DNA of 64,000 nucleotides from a bacterium (lineage in GTDB: Bacteria > Krumholzibacteriota > Krumholzibacteriia > LZORAL124-64-63), in assembly GCA_024223715.1 (NCBI GenBank), contig JAAEOA010000332.1, positions 5,407 to 69,406 of the forward strand. Reading direction: 5' to 3'. This document shows, piece by piece, positions 28,645-39,300 of the stretch. The notes beneath the pieces were generated by a model. That model saw only the letters and a list, made by a program, of their open reading frames with translations, did no database searches and was not told where the DNA came from. Made by a program: the position numbers and the translations under genes. Each line of letters begins with the position of its first letter. Positions within the stretch are counted from its first letter, which is position 1.

Positions 28645-30981
28645 TTATCTGATAATCACCAAACGCCCCCAGAAGTCATCTCGTTGGGTCATTTCGACCT
28701 TATACAGATATACCCCAGCAGAAACACGTTCATTTTCACGGTTTCGGGTTCGCCAATAAATATTTCCGTCATGAAGGTTGTCCGGGCCCAAATTAATAAC
28801 ATCGTCGCCCGCAGGGGTAAAAATCCGAATTCGGGAGTCAATGGGCAAATTAGTGAAGACCACTGTTTCGCCTTCTTGCCCAGGAAGTCCGCTTTCCTCA
28901 CGCAAAGGATTGGGGTAAACGTAAATTTCATTCTCACTACCAGCAGTGGCCGCCGGGTCATTTAACAAAATGTTAGTCCGGTTTCCATCACCTTCAAACG
29001 GCGTGAGAGGGTCGTTGACAAAACGAGGAGAAAAGACTGCAATTTGGGAACTGTTTTGAGGAGAACTCAAAGCGGTATTTCCATAATCGTATGAAGAAAT
29101 GGCATAATAATATGAAAATCCATTATAGACTTCTTCATCAAAAAAACGAATCGTATCAGGAGTATCAAAATCAAAACAGGCGGCTCGTTTTGAGTTATAA
29201 CATTCGGGTACAAGCTCGTAGTTAATGTTTCCGCAATATCCCTCAATGCATGACTCAGGATTAACCCTATCAAACAGCCCAATCATGCTCATGTTATTTG
29301 GGTCATGATTTGGAGATCGCCAAACAGCCCATCCTTGGAAAGTTTGACAAATGAGGGAAAATTGAACTCCCGAGACAAGACTCCCCGTACTGAAGGAAAT
29401 GTCCAGGCCGAGGTCAAGATCGCGAAGTCCCAGACTGGTACCACTGTTGTAACTATCAGAAAGATTGATGGGGGAATCCGGAATGTAAATACCACCACCG
29501 TAGGAGCTCATCAGGAAATCTCCAGAGCCATCGCCAATAAGAACCAATCGGGTACCGGAATTCCTCAGCGGCTGATTTGCAACCTCACTCCAGTTAATCC
29601 CCTGATCGGAACTAACTAAAACACGCCAAGAATCCTGCATGCAGTAATAATTACCATCAGCACCGTCGCTGATCAAGAGGCTCAATTCACGAATCTGGCT
29701 CGGGTTCGGATTTGAAACCCCAGCTCCAACCAATTGCCAATTCATTCCGCCATCTACACTGCGATAAAGACCCTTATTTTTCATCCCAACAATAAGAATA
29801 TTTTCGTCACTAGGGTCGACCCTAACCGAAGATGCACTGTGTAGCCAAGCTCCATGGTTATCGGGGTCGGGAATCATTAAGGTGCCATAAGTATCAGACC
29901 AGGTTGTACCACCATCGAAACTTTGGAAAACACCATTGGATTCTATTGCTAACAAAACATGGTCAGGATTGGACGGATTTGTATGAATTTCATTGATTAA
30001 CAGAGGTAACGTTAAACCCATTTCCGGAAAATCTAAATCAACGTCAACTTCAAGATCAGAACGTTGGAAGGTGGTTCCATTATCAGAAGAATAAAACAGG
30101 CCAAAGTTGGATACAAAAGCCCAGATTTTATCTTCGGACCATTCCATTGCCCCAATTCGCACTGAAGTGGGGGCCGGTTCAAATGTCGGATCCAAATTGG
30201 CCGCCCAATTTACAAAATTTTCCCCACCATCGGTGGTAACAAAAAGACCGGAATCGGTAGTTCCAATGGCAAAATAATCATTATTCGCAGGCGAAATGCT
30301 TACCCACAAGATATTAACTGAATCAGTGAAGATCTCATCGGCAAAACGAGTCCATTGGGCACCATCAAATTTATAAGCACCCTGGGGACTTGCCTCATTA
30401 GTTTGACCACCAGAGAAAGCAGCCACAGCAAAACCACTTGTACCGTGATCTAAAGCAACGGTATTTGTCTGCCGCCAGGACATGGGTAAATTTTCATTCA
30501 ACTGGCCCCAGGTTCCGGTGGCTTGATCAAACTGAAACACACCCCCATTATTGGACAAATTAATAATTCCCGAAAGAACTCCGTAGGTAATCGGTCCTTC
30601 TGAGGTCCAGCTGAGGGTAAGGCTCTGGCTATTGGCTTCACCAATAATTCCGCTGTCAGTTGTTTCAAAACGCAATTGGCGATCGACCTGATCGGCAAAA
30701 CCACCCGAAACGTCAACTGAATAACCCAAGTTCTCGTGACCAGAAAGAGCATAACAGGTTGCATCGGAAAGCTCGAGGTCTTCCCAACTGACCACTAGAC
30801 CCTGACGGCCTTCAATTTGCTGTTCCATATGAAGGCTAGGTGGCGACACAAGGAAAAGAGTATCGTTGGCACAGGTACTATCTGGAGTTTCAGCGAAGCT
30901 GGAGAGCCCCGAAAAGACCAGAAGGAAAATGGCCAGCAGCCCCAGTAGTGACCGGTGGGTTACCAAGTTCCCAGATTTCAT
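28645..30981 (-). CDS. Secreted BNR/Asp-box beta-propeller protein with T9SS-like C-terminal domain
   Basis: Signal peptide; five Asp-boxes (TTDGGENF, SSDNGTTF, SFDGGTTW, SVDGGMNW, SSDQGINW); CTD IYVYPNP..FTNLP..IRIFT..G..GVYLY..GRLVIIR. Start likely ATG 30981. Confidence 0.8.
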   Translation of the reverse strand: MKSGNLVTHRSLLGLLAIFLLVFSGLSSFAETPDSTCANDTLFLVSPPSLHMEQQIEGRQGLVVSWEDLELSDATCYALSGHENLGYSVDVSGGFADQVDRQLRFETTDSGIIGEANSQSLTLSWTSEGPITYGVLSGIINLSNNGGVFQFDQATGTWGQLNENLPMSWRQTNTVALDHGTSGFAVAAFSGGQTNEASPQGAYKFDGAQWTRFADEIFTDSVNILWVSISPANNDYFAIGTTDSGLFVTTDGGENFVNWAANLDPTFEPAPTSVRIGAMEWSEDKIWAFVSNFGLFYSSDNGTTFQRSDLEVDVDLDFPEMGLTLPLLINEIHTNPSNPDHVLLAIESNGVFQSFDGGTTWSDTYGTLMIPDPDNHGAWLHSASSVRVDPSDENILIVGMKNKGLYRSVDGGMNWQLVGAGVSNPNPSQIRELSLLISDGADGNYYCMQDSWRVLVSSDQGINWSEVANQPLRNSGTRLVLIGDGSGDFLMSSYGGGIYIPDSPINLSDSYNSGTSLGLRDLDLGLDISFSTGSLVSGVQFSLICQTFQGWAVWRSPNHDPNNMSMIGLFDRVNPESCIEGYCGNINYELVPECYNSKRAACFDFDTPDTIRFFDEEVYNGFSYYYAISSYDYGNTALSSPQNSSQIAVFSPRFVNDPLTPFEGDGNRTNILLNDPAATAGSENEIYVYPNPLREESGLPGQEGETVVFTNLPIDSRIRIFTPAGDDVINLGPDNLHDGNIYWRTRNRENERVSAGVYLYKVEMTQRDDFWGRLVIIR

Positions 30982-31118
30982 CAAACCCCTGCCTTTCAAG
31001 TCCAAAATTGGACTGACAAAATTGATTCCGGTTATCCGGATTAAGTCGATTCTCGCCTAACCTGCTCGTTTTGTTCAAACAGGTTTAAATACAATCCCCG
31101 CCAAACCCATGCGGGTAA

Positions 31119-33605
31119 TTATTGTGACACAGGTAACCCGAAATATTTCAAGACCCACATCACAGCTTTTCGGCTTTCAGTGTGGTTAAATCGGTAAGGA
31201 TCAAAACCCCAATAAACATCAGCTTTTGAGCTGGGCTTATCGACAATTGTTTTGTAGGACATGAATCCAAAGACCTTACCAGTAACCCTGCTGGTTCCTC
31301 TGGGAACTTCAATTCCCTGATCCTGGTCCACATAAGTGGTCAGGCCCATGCCACCACAAATTTCATCCAGTTGAGTGCTGGAATACCAGCTACCAGGCCA
31401 GGCATCGTCACCATTTTCCCAGATCAATTCGCGCATCCAGTCAAAGCGGGCTTTGCCGGTAAACATTGATTCAACACAACGACCCTCGTAACCATAATCC
31501 CCACAATCCTGGAGAATAATGGTTGTTGGAGTGTCGGAAATGGCATCATCCACAAATTCATCACCCGGGAAGGGGAAGTCGACATTCAGCAGGGTGTCGA
31601 GTCCGGCATCAACCATAGGGTCTCGCCAATCAATAAGTTCGTCCGTTTCAAAAATATCAGCAATGGCGGTTGTGGCAATTGCATGATGAGAACGGAACTC
31701 AGGAATCAATTGAATTTCCTTTAGCCCGGCACAAGTAACACGCCGGTCAGTTGAAGCAGCCAAACTCCGCCCGTAAATATTCTTATTCAGAGGGGTACTC
31801 CAATCAAGCGAAGCAATCCCGACTGTGGCATAAGGGTACATTAAAGGCCCACGCATTACTTCCGTACCATCGGCCAATTCTTTTTCGCCAAAACCAATGA
31901 CGAAGTTAACATCATTCATCGAGTAAAATTCCTGCGTGCTGGTAAAAATCAAAGGTGTCATATAAGTTCGCACTTCCAGGAAAGATTCCAAGGAGCGAGC
32001 ACCCACCATAAAGATGTTTCCACCTTGTTCTTGATATGGCGCCAACCAAACAAACTTATCAGCTGGTCCCTCAGGCCGAAATTTCTGAAACATCAGCTGC
32101 TGGGAATTTGATCGGGCAAAAATTAGCGCAGCTTTGTAATTCACCAAAGTTTCATAATCGAAAGAACCATTACTGTGATCGTAGAAATCCCTCGGCCAGC
32201 TAAATCCATCAATACCCCCCACATCACCCAGGAACTGCCAGTAGGCATTACGATAGTCTTCCCTATCGTAAACAATGCTTCCGTTCTCATTAGGCCAGCG
32301 GTTGGACTGATTATCTACAATTTGATCAACCAACGCCAGAGACAACTGGTTTTCGCGAGCAACAAAAGGAATAACTGACAAATTCCAACGAGCAACAGTA
32401 ATTCCACCTGAATCATCTTTGACCTTAATCCAAAAAGAGTGCTCCCCATTTGCAAAAGCCCGCACTTCAGCAAAACGGTTTTGCTCTGTCAGTCCTTCAG
32501 GCACGGCCCAACCCAGGTCATTTTCATCATCCACGTCATCCAGATCCCAACCGTGCCGCATGGAAACGATGTTTCCATTATAAGAGTCGGCTCTGGCCGT
32601 CCAGCGGAAATTAAGAGGCTGTCCTGTGGCAATATTACTGTTAGCAAGAATTCCGCTTTCACCAAGAAAATCTTCTGTCACCTCAATACTGGGACTGAAT
32701 CGGGTATGGGAGATTCGGAAATTCAGGACTTGCTGACTATATGTGCGGCCAATACTTTTGGCCCCTGCGGTATCGCGCACCTGAACAGCAAAAAGTTTAT
32801 ATTCTCCGTCAGCCTGGTTGCCATAGCTGATTTTTCGGTCTTCATCTGAGACCGAAAAAGTTTGCCAGGAACTCCATTCAGGATCTTCGAAATCAATAAG
32901 CTCATCAACGTGTGCCTCATACTGATAATCGGATCCGACATTTACAGGAGACCCATTTTCCATAATCACTGCAGGAACAAGCAGAAAACGGATTTTTGTA
33001 GGTATGCCCTGTTCATAATCAGAATCGTTTCCTTCATAGGAAAGATTCAAAGTTGCAGGTGCTGTCATCGCAGTTGGAGAAGGGGGTGTATCGGTAAATC
33101 TACCCCTACAAGTTGGCAAAATAGTTGTTGAGGTGAAGGAAATCATAGCAGGTGAATCATCCACCCCACCATCTTCATCCATGCACCTTACAAAGAAAGA
33201 ATGAGACCGAAAACTTCTTTCCTGGCCTTCAGGATCTCCAGGGAAATTTTCCTGATCAGCAAGAACATAGAATGAAGAATCAGTGGCTGTGGTAAACCGC
33301 CAAGGATTAATTTCTGCCCCTGTTAATGGATCAAAGGTCAGAGTATCACGGGGACTAATGCCGTCTATACCATTATTACTGATTTTCCACTGGAACCCGG
33401 TAACTAAACCGTCCGGATCAGATCCAGTCCAGTTCAGATCCACTTTAAAACCCGCCTCCAACAAAGTTGGCGGCTGGCCGGTCACTCGTGTATCGGGACG
33501 ACTGTTTGGCAGCAGGCTTCCACCCAGCTCTGTATTGGTGGAACAAGCACCAAGAACCAAGAGCACAATACCAGTAAAACCAATCGCTAATTCACGCCTT
33601 ATCAT
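31119..33605 (-). CDS. Large lipoprotein with tandem Ig/FN3-like domains and a Rossmann-like C-terminal region
   Basis: Lipobox LGA-C; WTGSDPDG, FFVRCMDEDG..DDSPA, FAVQVRDTAG and FWIKVKDDSG motifs; SD GAGGAG. Confidence 0.8.
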   Translation of the reverse strand: MIRRELAIGFTGIVLLVLGACSTNTELGGSLLPNSRPDTRVTGQPPTLLEAGFKVDLNWTGSDPDGLVTGFQWKISNNGIDGISPRDTLTFDPLTGAEINPWRFTTATDSSFYVLADQENFPGDPEGQERSFRSHSFFVRCMDEDGGVDDSPAMISFTSTTILPTCRGRFTDTPPSPTAMTAPATLNLSYEGNDSDYEQGIPTKIRFLLVPAVIMENGSPVNVGSDYQYEAHVDELIDFEDPEWSSWQTFSVSDEDRKISYGNQADGEYKLFAVQVRDTAGAKSIGRTYSQQVLNFRISHTRFSPSIEVTEDFLGESGILANSNIATGQPLNFRWTARADSYNGNIVSMRHGWDLDDVDDENDLGWAVPEGLTEQNRFAEVRAFANGEHSFWIKVKDDSGGITVARWNLSVIPFVARENQLSLALVDQIVDNQSNRWPNENGSIVYDREDYRNAYWQFLGDVGGIDGFSWPRDFYDHSNGSFDYETLVNYKAALIFARSNSQQLMFQKFRPEGPADKFVWLAPYQEQGGNIFMVGARSLESFLEVRTYMTPLIFTSTQEFYSMNDVNFVIGFGEKELADGTEVMRGPLMYPYATVGIASLDWSTPLNKNIYGRSLAASTDRRVTCAGLKEIQLIPEFRSHHAIATTAIADIFETDELIDWRDPMVDAGLDTLLNVDFPFPGDEFVDDAISDTPTTIILQDCGDYGYEGRCVESMFTGKARFDWMRELIWENGDDAWPGSWYSSTQLDEICGGMGLTTYVDQDQGIEVPRGTSRVTGKVFGFMSYKTIVDKPSSKADVYWGFDPYRFNHTESRKAVMWVLKYFGLPVSQ

Positions 33606-33656
33606 TTAAGTTTCTCCTCGAAACATTTGGTCGTCTCTAGTGACACACGGTCTAAT

Positions 33657-36035
33657 TTACTGAGAATCAGCACATTGCATTTCATCGCCAACACCGTTGA
33701 GGAAAATCACCTCAAAATGTTGAGTAGCAGGGGCAAGATTACCATCACCGTCAAATAACGAGCTATCCATTGCCCCGCTGCTTAATCCCATGGACAGGGA
33801 AATATCTACATAGCTGCTATTGTCACAGTCTCGCCAGGTGCCTGAATTCAAGCCCCCGGGAGGCCGGATATTATCAAACATGTGATATTTTGCCGGTCTT
33901 GTAGGTGACAGGTTGCACTTGGCTTGATCAATAGCAATGGCCTGCACTGATCCTGAGCTCATTTGTCTCAAACTAATATTAATGAGTTCCTGATTTAGTG
34001 CGGAATCAGGTCCATATTCACCCGTTTGGGCACCCATCATATAGGAAAAAGTAACGGCACCGTTATTTGCCAAATCCTGGGGTAAATAGAAGTCCACACG
34101 GATTTTCCACAAGCCGTCTGATTGGCTGATTTCAATACCCTCCGCACTGGATGGTTCACCCCAGGTCGGATCATAAATGTCATCCGTTCCCCCACCATCC
34201 AAAATGGTATTGGCCGGATCGCAATCATAATCAACCTGGTAACGAAGGGCACCCATTCGGCTTTCTGGAATGTTAACGGTATTGATCCAAGCCTCACGTT
34301 CATCATCTTTTCCATGCATTAACATGGTCATGGAATAACGATTCACCTGGAAATAGTAGTAGTTCTCAACATTGTCTGGACTATCAACAATGGAAGTTGC
34401 CCTCGATGGTCCCTTGCTGATAGAAAGATAAGCAATACCCTCAGTAGGGGTCAATGCCGTAATTTGATCCGGATCATAGGGTGTACCTGATTTTACAACA
34501 TAAAATTTTGTCGTGTCGGCAAAACAAGGATGCCCAGACACATCATGATAATAACAGGCTAAGGTTTCATCATAGGCAGACCCATCCTCACCCAAGTTGG
34601 GCAACAATTCAACACATTGCAAACAAGGAGGATATCCTACATGAAAGCTTAATTCGGCCGGTGTACCGTCGCGTCGCTCATGCTCATCAACAGCCTGCAT
34701 TTTAAAGGTAAACTCTGTACTTGGGCCCACCAGGAAACCAAGAGTATCGGCATACCATCCGGTCAATCCGGCATCCCAGGTAGGATCGTAATCAATGGCA
34801 CCAGCACCGGAGGAGAATGAGAATGGATTACCTGTATAGTTGGTTCTAAGACCATCAACCACACCTGTCATTCCCATTTGGAAATCAGGGTCAAGCAAAA
34901 GATCATCATCATGATCTTTGGCCAAAGCTTTGAAAACCACATAACTTCGGTCAGGAATACGATCCCCGGCCACAAAAGGAACATGAGTGTGAGTTGGATC
35001 ATTCAGCTGAATATAGTAAGGGTACACTTCAGTATCTTCTGGGTGATCCCAATCGGTTTCACCATTCAAAAGAATGGTTTCAGGATCTCGATTAACTACG
35101 AATTCAAAATTTCTGGAAACGGTACCAACTTCAACACCGGCAACATCAATGGAATTGATTCTCAAGTGAATGGAACCGCTATCGAGTTCTTTTCCAAATG
35201 GATCTGAACTGGAATCGTCGTTTCTAAATAGCAAACTGTTGATTTCAGCATAATAGGAAAAGCTATCACCTGTTGCTTCGTTAAAACGCCTGGGGTGCCA
35301 GCAGTCATCGAAAGGACCACATTCTCCACCAATATCCCCCATCAAGCGCCATTTATAACCAAAAAGTCCATCGTCACGGGGAGCAACTGTATCTACTTGA
35401 GCCAGTGCAACAGGGTCGTATCCCAGCACATTGGGAGTACTGCCTTTCCAGTGCAACTGATAAGACTGCCCAAAACCAACAGTGTCGGCAACGCCAGAGG
35501 CCAAGGCAATGGTATCGTTTCCGTCAATACGGAAAAAGCTGATTTGAGGAGTTCCAAGGGTATTTGAGAAAAAATGCAACCGTGCAGGAGTACGATCAAA
35601 GTCCCCGCGGTCATCCATTGCCACCATATGGAAAGTCATGTCCACAGAAGGCGACGTGCCTTGGTTGATTTGAAAATCAAAAATGGAATCAGTTTTGCTC
35701 GTCCAATGACCAATGGTCAGATGGTCGATATCCAGGGCTGGATTGAACCGAGAATCTTCTTCATCATCCGATGTGTCTTCATTTTGCACACTGGTATCGG
35801 TCAGTGCCCAAACAAAACGATCCACCACTCCATCTTCATCACTGCCATACCAGAACATATGGTAGTGGTAATAACCACCACCACCTTCGAGGGGGGCACC
35901 AATAAGAAAGGTCTCCGGAGCGCGATTTACAATAACTGCCTCGGGCTCAAAGGCCCGGCAACCGGCAAAGAAGCTCAACGCCATAATTGCCAAAGATAAT
36001 ATTAACCACCAGAAAAGCTTGGGTCTGGTATTCAT
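33657..36035 (-). CDS. Large lipoprotein with tandem Ig/FN3-like domains, paralog of the downstream gene
   Basis: ATG 36035 after AAGGGG; lipobox FAG-C; WYGSDEDG, FHMVAMDDRG.FDRTPA and FKMQAVDEH..RDGTPA motifs. Confidence 0.8.
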   Translation of the reverse strand: MNTRPKLFWWLILSLAIMALSFFAGCRAFEPEAVIVNRAPETFLIGAPLEGGGGYYHYHMFWYGSDEDGVVDRFVWALTDTSVQNEDTSDDEEDSRFNPALDIDHLTIGHWTSKTDSIFDFQINQGTSPSVDMTFHMVAMDDRGDFDRTPARLHFFSNTLGTPQISFFRIDGNDTIALASGVADTVGFGQSYQLHWKGSTPNVLGYDPVALAQVDTVAPRDDGLFGYKWRLMGDIGGECGPFDDCWHPRRFNEATGDSFSYYAEINSLLFRNDDSSSDPFGKELDSGSIHLRINSIDVAGVEVGTVSRNFEFVVNRDPETILLNGETDWDHPEDTEVYPYYIQLNDPTHTHVPFVAGDRIPDRSYVVFKALAKDHDDDLLLDPDFQMGMTGVVDGLRTNYTGNPFSFSSGAGAIDYDPTWDAGLTGWYADTLGFLVGPSTEFTFKMQAVDEHERRDGTPAELSFHVGYPPCLQCVELLPNLGEDGSAYDETLACYYHDVSGHPCFADTTKFYVVKSGTPYDPDQITALTPTEGIAYLSISKGPSRATSIVDSPDNVENYYYFQVNRYSMTMLMHGKDDEREAWINTVNIPESRMGALRYQVDYDCDPANTILDGGGTDDIYDPTWGEPSSAEGIEISQSDGLWKIRVDFYLPQDLANNGAVTFSYMMGAQTGEYGPDSALNQELINISLRQMSSGSVQAIAIDQAKCNLSPTRPAKYHMFDNIRPPGGLNSGTWRDCDNSSYVDISLSMGLSSGAMDSSLFDGDGNLAPATQHFEVIFLNGVGDEMQCADSQ

Positions 36036-36239
36036 ACTTGTGTACGTCCCCTTACAAGTGCCGCGACGACTTCGGGTTAAATACCGCCTTGGGGTGGGCC
36101 TATGGGGCAACCAGCACTCACCTATCATTGCTGATAAGGTCGTGTGGAAGAACCAATAGCTGGGGGCCAATTGGCGGTAGCAATCCGGTCTGTGAAAAAC
36201 TACTTCCGGATTTTGGAACTGTCACTGTCTGACCCATGA

Positions 36240-36269
36240 AATATAGGGATTTAGGCCATCATGTGTCAA
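36240..36269 (-). promoter_or_regulatory. Sigma-70-type promoter of the lipoprotein operon
   Basis: TTGACA-N18-TATATT, about 200 nt upstream of the start. Confidence 0.6.
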
Positions 36270-36309
36270 CCTCAAGGTTTTTTTATTTGATGAAAAATTA
36301 AGAATAATT

Positions 36310-36343
36310 AAAAAAAAGGGAGCACTCCCGAAGGAGTGCTCCC
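36310..36343 (-). terminator. Strong intrinsic terminator
   Basis: GGGAGCACTCC-TTCG-GGAGTGCTCCC followed by T8 (perfect 11-bp stem, UUCG loop). Confidence 0.95.
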
Positions 36344-36374
36344 AAACAGCCAAGCAAAGATTCTCAAATGAGAA

Positions 36375-39300
36375 TTACTTCACCAATGCCATTTTGTTGA
36401 TCGATACTTCGCCAGCAGTGCGTGCTTCGTAGAAGTACACACCGGAGGAGACGCTGGAACCCTGGTCGTTGGTACCGTCCCACATGATGTGGCCGGCGCC
36501 AGCAGCGCGGGATTCGTCGATCAGAGTCTTAACCAGTTCGCCACGAACATTGTAAATTTTCATGCTCAAGTGGCCTGCTTTAGGCATGTTGAACTGAATT
36601 TTAGTGCTCGGGTTGAAAGGGTTAGGATAGTTGCTGGCGACGAATTTCTCGGCGTCAGGCACATCGGAAGGAACCAGAACACCGGTATCGAATCCGAAGA
36701 AAGTCAAAACATCGTCAAGAACCTGAACGCGAGTAGCAATGCCGCCGCCAACAGGGTTGTCAATGTCAGTGTAAATGTTCATGAAATCGTAAGGCATGGT
36801 AATGATGTTGTCGCCACCAGCAGTTTGGTTCAGAGTTGCAGCAGAGTAGCTGTAGTCAGCAACGCCACCGGGATCTGCGAAACGAGCCAGTTGTTCGGCA
36901 CCAGGACGAACTTCAACAGCATCAAAGGTATTAATACCATTACAACCACCATACGCAATCCAGGTCAGACCAGCGGAGAAAACAGAAGCACCTGTTTCAA
37001 CGATAACCAGAGGAGTGGTTTGGTTTGCAATCAATGGACGAACGTCGTCAGAGATTGGGGTTACGTTGATGTAGTTATTGAGCAGGTTACCGGTGTCAAC
37101 ACCAGAACCATTCATATCACTAACCAGTTCATCACCAGTTGCGAACAAGTTAACTGCACCAAAATCAAGCCAATCAGAAACCAAGCCAATATCATCACTA
37201 GGATCGAATGCGGGGTCACCATTAGAAATGGTGTTCACTCCGAGGTCGCCACAAGTGTAAAGCATGGTATCATAACCTTCGAGCAACAGGTTGCTTGCAC
37301 GTCCACCAAGACCGTTACCAACACCAGATGAAGGAGCATTGGTGTAATACGCATCGTAGTGTTCGCCCATTACGAGACCAATGTTATTCAGGGCGCCGTA
37401 CCATTCGTTCTCTCCACCACGGTTGGCGAAATCATTCCAGAACAGAATGCTTGGGTGGTTACCTTCAGCATCTACCGTAGGCAGAGCATGAACCTGGAAA
37501 CCAGTGTTGTAAGCGGTTGGGTTGTCGAAATCTCCATAGCCGTCAAGGTTTGCAGGCAAAGTAGAGGTTTGGGGATTAGCGTGTCCAACTTCATCGGTTG
37601 CCTCGAAATAGTAATGCAACACGTCACCTGGGAACAGGAAGCCTTCATCGGGCAAGTCATATGCAAAGGTACCGGGAATAATGTTGCCATTAGCCTCGGC
37701 AGGTACTGCATCAACAGAACCGGATGCACCCCAACCACCATCACGTACGGAGTTGAATACGGGGTTGCGTTGCATGGTGTAAACCAGGCGGTTTACAGTC
37801 AAGGAGCCACCAACACGAACAGAAGCAACGTCACATACAATGGAGTCACCAGGTACGTTCAGTTCGTCGCTACCGTTATTCTGAGCAGCGTCAAAACGAA
37901 CGCTGTTTGCAGCCAGGTTACCCATGTCAATCTGACCAATTGTAGGCCAGTTATCATTGGCAATATCCAACTCACGAGTCGACATTCCAGGGCCTTCAGC
38001 AGTGTAAGCAGTCAAACGGACATTATCAAAGTAAGGAGCAGGATAACCATCGTCACCGATGAAGCCCCAGTTCCAACCCAGCTCGTAACAGGTCAACTGA
38101 ACCTGTGCGTGAGTCAGGCCAGGAGCCAGCAAGTCACTGACAACATCGCCAGCGCGAACGTAATCTGGTCCACCGTAGTAAACGAAGTTACGATCAGCCC
38201 AGGATGCAGACAGAGCTGCAGCTTCGGAAGTACCGGAACGAACACTCCAGGTGTAGAACATACCCGGGGAGTCGGGGGACAGATCTTCGTGACGAAAAAT
38301 ACCAAAGGTCAACTGAGAACCAATGTAGCCGCCGCCGGCAGGCCATTCAACAACAGGGCTTTCAATGGCATTGTACATGTAAGCAGCAGGATCGTCGACA
38401 ATGGCAGCACCACCAGTGGTGTTGACAATGTAGCCGCCGGGTCCGTAACACCAGTCCTGGCAATAGCTAGGACCAACGCCCGGAACCTGGGTGCCATCAT
38501 CAATAAAGGCTACCTGGGGGCTGTAGTTAGTGTAACAAGGATCGATTTCTTCCAGACCTTGCCAAATTTGAGAAAAGTCGCCAGTACCCAGAGGGTAAGC
38601 AAATTCCCAGTCGCCATAGTCAACTGAGAAATCTTCAGTAACATCGTAGCCACCATTTGTGCAAACGGTATGGATATCATCCACGGAGCAGGCACCAGCG
38701 CTAGGGTAGTTACAGTCACCATCATCATAGGAGCCATCACTTTTGAAGTTGATATCGAAACGAACTTCATCAGCATTGTCACCGACATAATCGGAGGTGC
38801 CATAGGTATGGCTGTAAGTAAACATTACGCCAGTTCCAATACCGTCAACAGAACCAGCTTCAACTGGACCATTGGCAGTAATGAATTTGAAGTAGGTGTA
38901 ATCAAAACCAGGTTCACTGTCATGGCTAATAATACCAGAAACAGTAATAGTACAACTGGCGTTGGCATCAGCAACAACGTAGCTGAAGCGCATAATGTCA
39001 TTCCAGCTGCTTTCGTAACCACCGTCAACATCGGTAATAGAGCAAGCGGGAATGGTTTCGTCACCACAGTACAGAGCTTGGTTACCAGCACCATTAGGGC
39101 TGTTGTAATCACTCAAGTGGAAGTGATTGACAGTTGGCTGGGTGATGTCCCAGTGGGTCCATCCATTCCAGTCAGGGTTGCCATTAATGTCTTCGAACTG
39201 GCCATTGGCACCGGCGCCGGAACCCCAAGGTCCAACGACAAAAATCGTGTCACGGCCAGATTTGGAAACTTCGGTGCTGCCACCGTGAAACACACTGTCA

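Noticed and set aside
28645-30981. Sialidase or xyloglucanase call for the BNR protein
   Set aside because: Asp-boxes alone are structural; no (F/Y)RIP or other catalytic motif seen
36036-36170. N-terminal extension of the lipoprotein given by the ORF track (likewise for glyA, pfkB, arcC, ppdK, mgtE and pgpH)
   Set aside because: Downstream ATGs have SD sites and give a proper signal peptide or family N-terminus
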